From Octopus vulgaris (taxonomy: Eukaryota), in NCBI GenBank assembly GCA_951406725.2, contig OX597814.1, forward strand, positions 156,488,001 to 156,552,000: a stretch of DNA of 64,000 nucleotides, written 5' to 3'. The notes below the pieces were generated by a model, which had not been told where the DNA came from, ran no database searches, and worked only from the letters and a program-made list of their open reading frames with translations. Below, one piece after another: positions 27,530 through 40,959 of this stretch. Numbering within the stretch: the first letter of the stretch is position 1; the number at the start of each line of letters is the position of its first letter. A program made the translations under genes and the position numbers.

Positions 27530-27751
27530 AAAAAGACCATATATACATCCGACATCCGACAAGACGAAGTATGCAAGATTCCACTGAGTAAACATATAGA
27601 ATTATGTGGAGAAGGAAAATTCAAGATCTTCCCCTTCTACAAATGTTCAAGGGATGACCCAAAGTTTCAAAAACCAATGGAACTACATTTTATCAAAACA
27701 TTTTTACCAAAACTGAACGTTTTGAAAGAAAATCGAAGACAATATGCATGA
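27530..27751 (+). pseudogene. PLE GIY-YIG endonuclease C-terminal fragment
   Basis: IRQDEVCKIPLSKHIELCGEGKFKIFPFYKC..MELHFIKTFLPKLN. Confidence 0.8.
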
Positions 27752-28009
27752 ACACTCTTTCAAATGGAACAAATTGTGAACGCTACGTAGTTAGTTCACA
27801 CAGGCAGTGTACCCAACTAACGCTCCCGGAAAATACGACTGGAGAGAAATAATGTGTGTACTTGAATACTCTAGTTAGGCCCTCTCCAGACATATCATTG
27901 GAGTGAGTGTTGTACTTACTTAAGTATCATTTTTCAGTCTTCAAAATGTAATGTGTATATATATACAAATATGTTCATAAGTATATGATAAGTGGAGGAA
28001 CAGAGAGAG

Positions 28010-28076
<67 letters not shown>

Positions 28077-28084
28077 AAAAAATA

Positions 28085-28120
<36 letters not shown>

Positions 28121-28149
28121 GTGAAACAGTTACTTTCAAAAACTATAAC

Positions 28150-28900
28150 AATCAAAAATGACATCTTGAATTGTAATTAAATTTCAACAAGTTGACCGCA
28201 TCAATACAATATAATTGAAACGAAGTTTCCTTCTCTCTGTCTTTACCTTTTATTTTTTATTTTCCCTTTTCTTTTTTATCCTAATTCCTAAAATTGACAT
28301 CTTGAAAGGTCATTTAGCATCACCCACGTGTTAGTCAAAAGAGCATCCCAAAATACATGCTTTCTTGTACTCTTTCCCCCTCTCCTCTTTTCCTTCCTCT
28401 TTTCTCTTTCTCCTCTTCTAAACAAAAACAAAATAACATATGTACACACATACACACACACACATATATACATACATATATCACTTTTTCAATCTTATTT
28501 ACAAACATGTCAATTTGTGTATAACGAGAGAAGAGGGGGAGAGAGATAGAGATACTCTCGTAAACAATGACTGAATCAAAAATGACATCTTGATTTGTAA
28601 TTAAATTCCAATAAGTTGACGACATCGATACAATATAATTGAAATGAAACCTCTTCATTTCTGTCGCTCTTCCTCCTTTGCCTTTCTTTCTCGTCCTTCT
28701 TCCTGTTTCTCTCTCTTTCTCCCTTTCTCCCCCCCCCCAAAAAAAAATTCACATCTTCAAAGGTCATTTAACACCACCTACGTGTTGGTCAAAAGACCAT
28801 CCCAAGACATATTTTTGTCTCTCGATCTTCCTCTTTCTCCCTCTTTCTTCCTTTCCTTCCTCTTTTCTCTTTCTCATCTTCTAAACAAAACAAAACAACA
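28150..28900. repeat. Diverged tandem duplication, ~425-bp period
   Basis: aatcaaaaatgacatcttga..caatataattgaaa..aaggtcattta..cgtgtt(a/g)gtcaaaaga..cttctaaacaaaa occurs at about 28150 and about 28575. Confidence 0.85.
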
Positions 28901-29109
28901 TCGTCTTTTCAATTTATATAAAAGGTGGAAGAAATCTGTGCATTATATCTTGAAGAGTTCGACTGAACGAACGAAATATCCAATAAAGAATTATCCAGAA
29001 TTCTGACCGCCCCTTTCTTCTTAATATACAATATCTGTACACCACTTCAGACACCCTACACACACTTCTTGCCCCAGTTTGTATTTTTCTACATATAAAA
29101 TATATATAG

Positions 29110-29236
29110 TGACGTCCGTACCCTCGTTGGCCTTATGTAAGTACATATTCCTGTAAATTTGGTACGACTCTACACACTGTCTATCTCTCCTACATTTCTC
29201 TGCCTTTCACACATTGCACTCTACTTTGATCTGTCC

Positions 29237-29288
<52 letters not shown>

Positions 29289-29970
29289 CTCCTCCTTTTC
29301 TCTTTTCTTGCCTCTGATTCTTTGGTCTACTCTTCCCCCCACTCTCTCACAATTCTCTATCTTTCTCACTTTGCACTCACTAGCCCTCCTTGGCACGCAC
29401 TCTTTCTTCTCCCCCTCTTTAATTCCTTCTTTCTCTCTCTTCTCCCCCCTTTGTTGCCTTCGTCCCTCTTTCTCTCTCTCTTTGTTTCCTTTGCCCCCTT
29501 TCTTTTCTCTCTCTTCTCTCACGTGACCGCTGGTCAAAATCAGCCTTTTGGCCTCCGACTACTGCCGTGAGAACATCTGTTGTCTTCGTCTGCCGATAAA
29601 GGCATTTTCTCCAAATACGCCAGCTAGACTTGTTGTACTGTTTATTAGTCGTAAGACACCCGCTGTTTTTTGTCCTGTTTTTACCATTATTGTTTTTTGT
29701 ATTTTATATTCGTGTGGCATCGTCCGTTTTTCTGTCCCTGTTTCGTATACATTCGATCCTTCTTCCAAGAAATCTAATGCTCGTAGCTTAGTTTTTCCTT
29801 GGGGCTGGCCGGATCGGAGCGATCTCAAGATTAATCAGCCGAAATTGCTAGGATGATCCGGTTCTTGACTGAAGATTGAAGGCTTCGAATGTCCCGTCCG
29901 CGTTTTTGTATCGTCTTCCAAATGTTTTACGTTCTTGTCCCAGTTTGTATTTTTCTACATATAAAAAATA
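29110..29970 (+). mobile_element. Non-autonomous (TA)n-terminated repeat, probably PLE pLTR-derived; further copies at 36400-36780 and 37115-37720
   Basis: Shared ttccttggggctggcc..tctcaaga..atcagcc.aaattgc..gactgaaga..ttcgaatg.cccgtcc. The 3' tail cccagtttgtatttttctacatata is also duplicated at 29073-29100. Confidence 0.7.
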
Positions 29971-30399
29971 TATATGTATATATGTGAAAGTGAAAGAAAA
30001 ATGTGTTCAGAATGCTGGATGGTTGTAAAAATATATATTTATTTACATATCACATATTATTTCTTCATATTAACGCTTTCAACTACTGTAGTTTCATCAG
30101 GCGCAAATCAGTGTTTAGGTATGAACAGAATTTAGGTTAGTTACATATTTCAACTGCTAAAGGCAAATACACTGTAGTTACTGTGGAGAAAAATATCTCT
30201 CTCATGGTAAAAAGGTGTGAAAACACCCAGTTCGTTCAGTATCGCCATCTCTCGGGAATCTCAGACATCGATGTTTAGAGTTTTTTTACGCTTGTCAATG
30301 AGATGTACCTAAGAGATGATTCTTTATTACGGTAATTATATATCATACATAGATAGGACGACACTGGACGTCACAAACAAATAGTACGTTTATGAGTTC

Positions 30400-32395
30400 T
30401 TTTTATAGAGGTTTTAAAAATATAATGAAAGATGTTATATTTTAGAATTTACAAGATTTACAAGTTTACCCTTGGCCATGAAGCCCAACGGCTACACCAT
30501 ACTTTTCTACCATGGACGAGACTAAGTAGGGTCATCCATACCCAACTTCCTTGCCACATCCTTCCATTTTTCCGAATAACACAACCATCTATATCTAGTG
30601 ACATAAGGTCGTCTAGGCGACAAGTTTGTTTCCGTTTCGACGACCCCAGGCCACGCGTATCTTAATTTCCAAAAGTATACTTATTTACATTTTGAGTTTT
30701 GGGAGGGGCTGCAAAAATTCAGCTTCCTCCCCATCCTTTTTCTTTTGTGGTGTAGCCGCTGGACTGACCATAAAGGTTCTACCGGCCTTTTGATTTACAT
30801 CTTGACTTATATCTCTTAAGTTATTAGGATGCTTTTCTTTTATTTCATTGAATAATCCCACCTCCATCTTCGCAATTCGGGTGTGAGGCGGCATGTCCTT
30901 ATTGTCTTTATAAACCCGAGCTTTGTAATGAGCTCTAATCACTCTTGATAGTACATCATATTTTTCATTAAAGGACCCATTTTTTGCGTCTTGGGGTGGG
31001 GTTTGGAAATAGGTTATGGATTTTAACAAGGGGGTGGTGTGGGTAGATTTTTGTGTGTCTGTAATTGGCTTATTTGTTTTTTTTTTTATATGGAGAAGGA
31101 AGTCCATGGCTTGGACTTTTTTCCTCTTTTGGCGTTTAACCACGGTAAATTCCATTTCTTCCTCTGTGTTTTGAGTTGTATCCTGTGTTTTTCTTGAGTT
31201 TTTTCTTGCGTGTTTTCTTGAGTCTTTTCTTGTCTTTTCGCTTCTTGTTTCTCTTTTTCTCCCGTCTCTAGAGGTTCCTTTTGAAGAGAGGCTTCACTCC
31301 TTTTTCTTTAGGTTTGCATTCAGAGCACACTACGCCCCTCTACTGCAAATCTCACACTCAGCCCCTCCCCTACAAATACCCTATTGGGCATCCCTTCTAA
31401 TACTTCAGGGGAGGCTTGGACCACAATCTCAAAGGTCTGTCCTTTCCAAATTTCGGCCTCTTTCTTTTTCATCTGTAAAATAAACATTTTCTCCTCCACA
31501 TCATGTTATGGCTGCTGCTATCCAAATTACATCGTATCCTGCTGGTATCTCCTCTACTGTAATTTTTGCCGTTCTTCTACCCAAATACGTGGGTAGTAAG
31601 ATTATCTCCTCATTTTTTAAGGTTCTAGTAGATAACTATTTCGCCATGTTCTCGTTCACGAACTGCGCCTCTACCGTGGCATTCCTTCTAGCACGTTCAA
31701 CGTAAACAACTTTATTCCAAATAGATGCCAAACACCTTTCAATTGTTTCACTTTTGCAAGTTACAATTCTTTTTTCCTTTAGGTTATACGTTTTGTATAC
31801 CACTGTTCTTGCAGCTATATTTTGTACTATTTCCTGCGGAGGGAGCAACTTCGTATCATTTCCGTTCTTTTTTATAAGATTTCTATACTTAAACAATTCA
31901 GCCATCGTCACCTCTAGCGTTATCATATTACCACCTGCGGCTGCCGAAAAGCTGGGTTTTTCCATAAACACTTGTTTTACATTATCAGTTTCTTTGTTTG
32001 GTACTTTTTCCATTTCTAGGAAATCTTCTTGACACATTACATTGAATTCCATAATGTAATTTTACAGAAAAATAAATTCCTTAAAAAGGTATACATGAAA
32101 TTTTTTTTTTTTTTTTTGTCAAAAAATAATTTTTGCCAAAATTATTGGCAAAAATATTGTTTTACCCTGCAGAGGTTGAGAATTCAAATCACAAATAGTC
32201 CAATAGCAGTTGTTTCCAACAGTATGAAAAGTTTCATAATTTTTTTACCCCGCAGGGCGAAAAAGACTGTCCACAGCAATTAAAATTTCAACAGATACAA
32301 CAGACAGTGCAATAAGAAAGAAACATAATAACAGATAGACCTCACAAACAAGCAGCAGTCAACAGGAGATGTAGCTAAGAAATGCAACTCTGAAC
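30400..32395 (-). mobile_element. ORF1-only (HAL1-like) Tx1/L1-type non-LTR element with nearly complete ORF2 deletion
   Basis: Disrupted ORF1 at 32052-30685 (PTYLGRRTAKITVEEIP, VRFAVEGR, EFTVVKRQKRK). It is followed by an APE N-terminus (TFGN*DTRGLGSSKRKQTCRLDDLMSLDIDGCVI) fused to an ORF2-like C-terminus (SEKWKDVARKLGMDDPT*). Confidence 0.75.
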
Positions 32396-34857
32396 TAATT
32401 GAATAAAGTTACAGCTTTATATATAATTCAGTCAACACGTTGATTAATTTGCGCTGGTAGATCGCCCGATCAAATTAATATGCGAAGTATAGGCGCAAAG
32501 CAGTGTTTAGGTATGCGTAGATTTTAAGTTAGTTATGTTTGTCACATAGGTATGTATTTAAATAAGCATATAGGCGCCGGCATGGCTGTATTGTTAAAAA
32601 GTTGCCTTGCAACCATATGGTTTCGGGTTCGATCCCACGGAGTCACAGCTTGTCAAGTGTCTTCGCCAATTGTTTCAGAAAGACCAATGTATGTATGTAT
32701 GTATGTATGTATGTATGTATGTATGTATGTATGTATGTATGTATGTATGTATGTATGTATGTATGTATGTATGCAAGTGTGCTGGTTTACAAGTCTATCT
32801 TTACATTAACACTTCATCAGTAACAATACTCTCCCTTTATACATCATAATATAGTGTTTCGACAAACAGAGTATAATACGATATATACTTTGCGGTAGCA
32901 AAGTATCAGGTTAAAATGTAAATGCAAAAGGTGATATGCATTGCATAAAAGGCAAGGGGCTTGAATAGTGAAGCTGCAGCAAATAAAATTGCTAATTCAA
33001 GCAGTTTATGAAGTTCTACCGGATCAATCCAATTTTTTCTGCTGAGAGAAGAAAGGCAACGGCTTGATAATTTCGTGTGAATTGAGGGACCCTGAAGCAC
33101 ACAGTCAAGAGCTGTTTAAAATCTCTAAAGAAATGAAACTACGGCTGGTAACATGGTATGGTTTTAAAGGCCATCCTGGACACCATCTTTAGGGGTTTTA
33201 GACAGTATAGACACCAAATAAAAAGCATTTGTATTTGCGAAAGCTTGTATTTAACATGTATCAGATGCTACAAACATCTTCGCTGACAGCAAGCAACGGT
33301 ACAAGGCTGCGAGTTAATAACCAATCTTGGAATTCAGTTGTTTCATAACATCCGATTATTTGAAACAACTGTGCCGAGGAGGCAAACGAACGGAAGAGAT
33401 CACAATATACTGAGCCAAATTATGTCAAAACAAAGTCAGGTGAGCAAGGTGTGATGCTATTGAGGCTGGATACGGATAGTTCGTTAATACAGATTGGTTC
33501 GATCCTCTTTGCAAAGTCAACAACATTCTGAGAATTACAAGAACCAGTGGAGGAAAGGCCTTCAGGTTGACTACTGCAGAAGCAACGGCTAATGCAAGGT
33601 GGATCAGATGTGAACAATGGATGTCATAGTATTGCGTGAGATCGTGCTAGCAATGCACAAACTAGAGTTTCATGGATCTCAGCTATGTTAATGATTGCTT
33701 AAACGTTCCAAAAACTTAATGACTTCAGTTAACCTTACTAAATGTGTATCATATGGTGTATGAAAAATCTTATATATATATATTAAATTAATAAATAAAT
33801 AAAACATATGCATATATACATACATATATGTACGTACCTACCTCTACATGTATATATACATGCATATATGGGTACAGGACACAAAAAAAAACGTCGAACA
33901 CAATGAGAAACGAAAACATAAACACAAAACCAAGGAAATGGACATTTTTCTTAAACAACGAAAAAATAGAGTACAGGACATACAAAACAAGGAAAATTCC
34001 CCTTCTTCAGTCGCCTTTGTTTCATCTACTCCACGTTTCGAAGGTCATATATATGTATGTATGTATGTATGTGTGTGGGGGACACAGACACATAAATACA
34101 CACATATGTATATTATGTGTGTGTGTGTATTTATGTGTCTGTGTCCCCCCCACACACACATACATACATTGGTCTTTCCGAAACTATTGGCGAAGACACT
34201 GACGAGCTGTGACTCTGTGGGAACTTGAGCAAGTGTCTTCTAGTACATAAATATATATATGACGAGCTTCTTTCAGTTTCTGTCTACCAAATCCACGCAC
34301 AAGACTTGGGTCGGCCCGAAGCTGTAGTAGAAGACACTTGCTCAAGTTCCCGCACAGTGGGACGGAATCCGGAACCATGTGGTTGAGAAGCAAGCTTCTT
34401 ACCACACAGCCACTTCTGCGCCAATATATATATATAGATGTATACTTCAAAGATTTTTCTTTCAAACAACATAACAAACGGAAAATATATATATGGCTTT
34501 TGGTGTTTTAGGGTGAAATAATGGTTTTGAAGTACCGTATTTGAGCATCGGTTACTTGTATTTAAGTGGGACACTTTGTTACATAGTGTATTGGTAGCAA
34601 TGACATCAGTTAGGACTGAGTGGTTGGTTTTTCTAATAAGTGTTCGGTATATCGTTAGTTAGGAGGCGGAGTTAAGTTACTCTGTTGACTTCGTATGGTT
34701 TTTACTTTTCGTTGACTGTACGAATATATTTTTTTGTTTCTTTTTTTTTATTCTGTATCTGATGAGGTTTGTAGTATGTAACTTATATCAAAATATACTT
34801 TCCAACTCTTATATACACACAGACAGACAGACACACATACACACACACTCACACATA

Positions 34858-34907
<50 letters not shown>

Positions 34908-35047
34908 CACACACACACGCATATATATATATATACATATAGTCGAGTGAATTATGTTGTATGTATATGTGCATGCATGCAGAACGTATGCAAGTATGTA
35001 TAGCTATTTGTACGCTGATGTTTCTCCGCGTATTTTTATGTGCCTAG

Positions 35048-35249
<202 letters not shown>

Positions 35250-35718
35250 CATACATATATACGTATGTATGTGTAAATATATATATGTATATGTGTTTGT
35301 GTGTGCGTGTGTGTACAAGCCAGCGCAAGCTTACATCCGTGTGTCTGTGCGTGCATCTGCGTAAATACCTAAATCTTAGTACTCGAATTTATGTGTCTGT
35401 ATGCAAGAGTGTTAAATTCTTATCTCGGTTCCACAGCATACAGAAGAATATATTCAGTCTGACAAATCCATTTTTTAAGAATAGAAAAAGAAAGCCCTCT
35501 TCTCAATCGTATTAGTAAACAGTAAAGACATCGTAAATACGTTTCATCATATTAAATAAATCTCCCTCACACACTACTCCCTTCGTCTTCCTCTGCCTCA
35601 ATACCTTTCCTTATTTTTCTCTCTCTCTTACTTCTTACTTTTTCATTCTTACTCTTTCTCTCGCAGTGTCCCACAATGCACACACACATACATATACACA
35701 CACATACATATATCTGTA

Positions 35719-35850
<132 letters not shown>

Positions 35851-35871
35851 ATATATGTATATATATGTATA

Positions 35872-35951
<80 letters not shown>

Positions 35952-36321
35952 TCTCGGTTTCTTTTTCCTTTCTCTCCTCTCTTTTATTTATTTACTTGGG
36001 GATACACTCTAACTTACGAACACTGCCTACACGCGACCAAAAACATATACACAGACATCTATATATATATATATACACACACACAAACACATATGTATGT
36101 ATGCATTTATGAATTTTTGTATATAAATATACATTACATTATGTATTTTCATGTACATGTTTTCAGACATATGTACATGCACGTGCAATCATACGCATAT
36201 ACGCATACAATGTAAGTTCGATAAGTGCCAACGCACGAAACTATCGGCCTTCAGTCACTCTGCTGATTAAATATATACATACACATGCTTTGAGTTCTAT
36301 TCTTTACTGTTTACATCTCGA

Positions 36322-36404
<83 letters not shown>

Positions 36405-36862
36405 GCTTGTCTGTGACGTCCTGTTTTTGTTGTTATTATTATTATCATCATTGTTTTTACGCATTTTTGTATTCTTATTCGTGTTATCATTATTGTTTTT
36501 ACGTATTTTTGTATTTTTATTCGTGTAACATCGTCCGGTTTTCCGTCCTTGTTTTGCATACATTCGCGGCTTTCTTCCAAGGAATCTAATGCGCTTGGCT
36601 TAGATTTTCCTTTGGGGCTGGCCAGATCGGAGCAATCTCAAGATTAATCAGCCGAAATTGCGAAGATGATCCGGTTCTTGACTGAAGATTGAAGGCTTCG
36701 AATGTCCCGTCCGTGTTTTTTGTATCGTCTTCTAAATGTTTTGCGTTCTTGTCCCAGTTTGTATTTTTTTTACATATACATATATATATATATATATATA
36801 TATGCATGTGTGTGTATGTATGCATGTATGTATGTATGTATACATGTGTATGTAAATATATA

Positions 36863-37111
36863 TTACGTTGGTGCATAATTATTGCTGTATTTTTTTTCAA
36901 TAAATTTTATTCAACAAGAACAATAACAACATTTAACAAAAACGTCTTTACATGATTATTCCAACCGGCTACCAAGCAAATGGGAAACAGTAATTGAAGT
37001 AGATGGTGAATATGCTCCGAAATAATCGTTTAAAGATGTTTTTGTTTAATGTTATTGTTTTTGTTGAATATAATTTATTGAAAAAAAGGCGCAATAATTA
37101 TGCACCAACCT
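36863..37111 (+). mobile_element. Mariner-derived MITE
   Basis: TIRs gttggtgcataattattgc / gcaataattatgcaccaac; internal RLPSKWETVIEVDGEY. Confidence 0.88.
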
Positions 37112-37722
37112 TTTCACGTCACTGTGTCCGTCATTTTTTCTCGTCCCTCCTTAATTCTTCTATCCCTCTGCTTCTACTTCTCTCTCTTCTCTTCCCACGT
37201 GACCGATCGGCCAAGCCTGCTCTTTCTTTCTTGGTCTGACCGTTGTCCGTGCCACATCGACATTCTTCCCTGTGTTTGTGAAATTTTTATATCTCTACCG
37301 TAAGGATTCATTTCCACACACGCTAGCTTAATTCAATTCGACCTTAGTCGAAAGACACCTGTTGTTATGCCCTGTTATTATTTTTATTGTATTTTTTATT
37401 GTATTTATCTTTGTGTAACATTGTCCATTTTTTTCCGTCCTTGTTTTTGTATACATTCTCTGCTTTCTTCCAAGGAATGTAATGTTCTTAGCTTAATTTT
37501 TCCTTGGGGCTGGCCAGATTGGATCAATCTCAAGAATAATCAGCCAAAATTGCGAGGATAATCTGGTGCTTGACTGAAGAAACAAAACTTCGAATGACCC
37601 GTCCTTGTTTTCTTTGTATCGTCTATCTGGATGTTGTCCCTTTTTGTATCAGCTAGCTGTCCGGATGTTTTGCGTTCTTGTCCAATTTTGTATTCATATA
37701 CGGCGTACGTACACTTTGTTCT

Positions 37723-37763
<41 letters not shown>

Positions 37764-37891
37764 CGACGTACGTACACTTTTTTTCTCTTATATATATATA
37801 TATTTATATATATATATGTATGTATATATACAGGGTGACCCTGTATATATATATATATATATATAGCGACGTACGTACACTTTTTTTCTCT

Positions 37892-37937
<46 letters not shown>

Positions 37938-37956
37938 TATATGTGTGTATATATAT

Positions 37957-38164
37957 AGGGTGACCCAAAAGTAGATGTACAGTTATCACGTAGGCACATT
38001 AAATTTTTAAAACATTTTATTACATTTGAATTTATATCTTGCAATTTACTAAATTAGCATAGAATAATGATTTCATATATTTTTATAACTAAGATCTAAA
38101 CTGTTAATATATGAATGCCAAAGAGATAGTGGAATAAATGTAAACCTACTTTTGGGCCACTCTG
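37957..38164. mobile_element. Tc1/mariner-type MITE
   Basis: TIRs agggtgacccaaaagtagatgtaca / tgtaaacctacttttgggccactctg; inserted in (TA)n. Confidence 0.8.
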
Positions 38165-38750
38165 TCCTTAACGTGACCTTGCGTACCCCAACGATGCATG
38201 CAGAATTGTTTTCTTTCGGGAGCTGAGTTGTTCTAACAATGGTCGCACACTGTTTACGTGAAGGATTGTACGGCTGAGTCACGACTATTGATTCCAAACT
38301 GAAATATCACATGACAGTGTAGCTTTCAAGCGCTCCCTTGCCAATACCCCATTACCAATTCCTTTCTTTTGTGTAAATTTCTCTCATGTGGTACTGCTGA
38401 GCGCGCCCACAGGGTTAATTTATCACATAGATGTAGTTCCTATGTCTGCTGATTGTTCAGCGTAGTAGCGGCAGCGCCGACAGCCGCAGAGGAGAGTATA
38501 TCCACTGAAAGCATTTTGGTGAGTTCAAAAATCACATGCCATACCACCCACTTTTCCATGACGAGGTTGGTTCCTGGAATGTTCCAAACAGACGCATGAC
38601 ATGTCACTTAGTCAAATCAGCCCATCATCTACTCCATAAAAGTTTTGTCGTCAATGCTGCACAACCTCGTATTACATGTTTCAACCTAACTGTACCATAT
38701 ATACAAACTATGCAATTTAAATCCCGAGCAACGCCGGGTATTTCTGCTAG
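38165..38750 (+). mobile_element. Non-autonomous Helitron, 3' end
   Basis: Subterminal hairpin cccgagcaacgccggg (38723-38738) followed by CTAG|T at 38747-38751. The 5' boundary is uncertain. Confidence 0.75.
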
Positions 38751-38841
38751 TCTGTGTGGGTGTATGTATGTGTGTGTGTTTGTGTGTATATATATATATA
38801 CATATACATATATATATAGCGCCGTACGTACACTTTGTTCT

Positions 38842-38893
<52 letters not shown>

Positions 38894-39623
38894 TATTCAC
38901 GGTGATTTATTTATCAAATCTATATCATATCGCGATTCAGAATGACGACAGTTTTATGTCTGGACACTGTCCTATCGGAATATATTGAATATATTGAACA
39001 CTATATTAACTAATTCCAAGGTTTGTCTGTTATTTTATAACTTTATCTTGTTTACCATTGACTGGTATCGTTCTTTACAAAGCTGATCTATCCGTAAACA
39101 GCTAAACGTTGATTTGTTATATCAGAATAGTAATCCGTCTAATGTTTATTTACAGAAGAGTAAAAGACTTCATCATGAAAACGATACATTTTTTCGTATT
39201 TCTTTTTGGTAGCTTGCACTCTCTAACCATGTGAATATCCTTATAACTGGCTGAATCAGTCAACCAATTACTTAATTAATCAAATAGTTAATCAATATTT
39301 ATTTATTTATCTGAATGAAATGTAGAAAATTAGAAATTTTTTCTCATCATTTTTAATCAATGGGAAGTAAACAAGACTTATTGACTTGTCACTATGTCAA
39401 GTATGAAATGAGATATCAAAAGAATAGTCAGGTAAAATATCTACAAAGAAGTATTTGAAAGACTGATCAAGAAAGTATATAACTGTAGTTGAAGTTTTCT
39501 GATGGTTAAATATGAATCAATATGCATAGTGAAGTATATAGGTCTACATATATTGAGGGAGCCTGCGAGTATGCACGCACTAACACACACATATACACGC
39601 ACACATGCGCGCGCGCATACACA

Positions 39624-39691
<68 letters not shown>

Positions 39692-39729
39692 AACCCTCAC
39701 TTAATCCACGCGCGCGCATACACACACAG

Positions 39730-39855
39730 CCGTTCAAGAATTTGGACCTGGAGATCTCCATTTCCAGCGGCTTCGAGGGCCACCTCCCAGTGGTGCCAGG
39801 TGTCAACGAAGAGCCCTCGACTACAACAAGACGACCAAAGTTATTTTTTGCCAAG
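39730..39855 (+). CDS. Candidate internal host exon (126 nt, PFKNLDLEISISSGFEGHLPVVPGVNEEPSTTTRRPKLFFAK); gene not identified
   Basis: GC-rich island bounded by CAG| and AAG|GTCTGG. Length is a multiple of 3, with a G/C third-position bias in this frame. The acceptor lacks a good polypyrimidine tract. Confidence 0.45.
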
Positions 39856-40834
39856 GTCTGGGGTCTGCCGCCCCTAAGCCCTAAACCATCACCTAATCGC
39901 CCTTACCCGTCTTGTTGCTTAACAACAACAACAACAGCAACACATACACACCTGAATTCTCACTGAATCTAAATTTGTATGCCTGTATGCTCTTCAAATG
40001 ACTTTAAACACCAGACGTATGGAGAAACAGAATTGCTTTTCTTGTCGACCAAACTTTCGATCATTTTCTCTCGCTTCCCTATAATATCACATTAGCGTCA
40101 GGAAAGTTGATTTGCTCATTCATTAGAGCGTCGGACGAATTAAATGCCTTACAATATTTGTTCCAGCTATTTGAGATCTGAGTTCAAATGTCGTTGAAGT
40201 CAAGTTCATTTTTCCCTTTCATAATTCCAAGGTCGAATAATATATATTTTCAGTCAAGTATTGGCAGTAGATTTAATCATCTGCTGCTCTGTACCAATAC
40301 ACAATGGACTAGTATAGTAAAATAAAACCTAAATCTCCGCCTAACCGAAGGTCTCCGATAACAGATGGAATGACACAAACGTTGATTTACATTACCGTCA
40401 TATCAATATTCTATATCTGTAACACTCTATATTGCAGCCAACACAACGCACACACACTCGGCTATCCACTTACACCTACACAATCTGTTTGTCTCTCTAA
40501 AAGGGACCACATCACACAGGATAACATAAAAACAAAAATACTTTTTGCCACTGTCCTCAACATTGTTGTTGTCATCTGTATTGTTGTTTTTTGTGGTTGT
40601 TGTTGCTGCTGTCACTGCTGTTGTTTTTGCCTTTGTTACTGTTGTTGTTGTTTTCTGTGTAATAGTTTGTTCGTATGCCATAGATCAATAATGGTTTTAT
40701 AGCACCCGATAACGATACAGAAATAGCAATATTCATATCTCATTAACTCTATGACACTCACATCTTTCATGCTGCTTCTATTTTATCTTACTTTGTATGA
40801 CATTTTAGCTTGCATGATAGTTTGCATTACCAGC

Positions 40835-40920
<86 letters not shown>

Positions 40921-40959
40921 TAATAATAATAATAATAATAGTAATAATTTTGTTGGATA

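Noticed and set aside
29865-29900. gaCTGAAGA..ttcGAATGTC hammerhead-like string (also about 36680 and 37572)
   Set aside because: GAAA box is absent and the stems are unconvincing; not called as a ribozyme.
37700-37900. Repeat-spacer pattern resembling a CRISPR array
   Set aside because: The spacers are (TA)n microsatellite, the context is eukaryotic and there are no cas genes.
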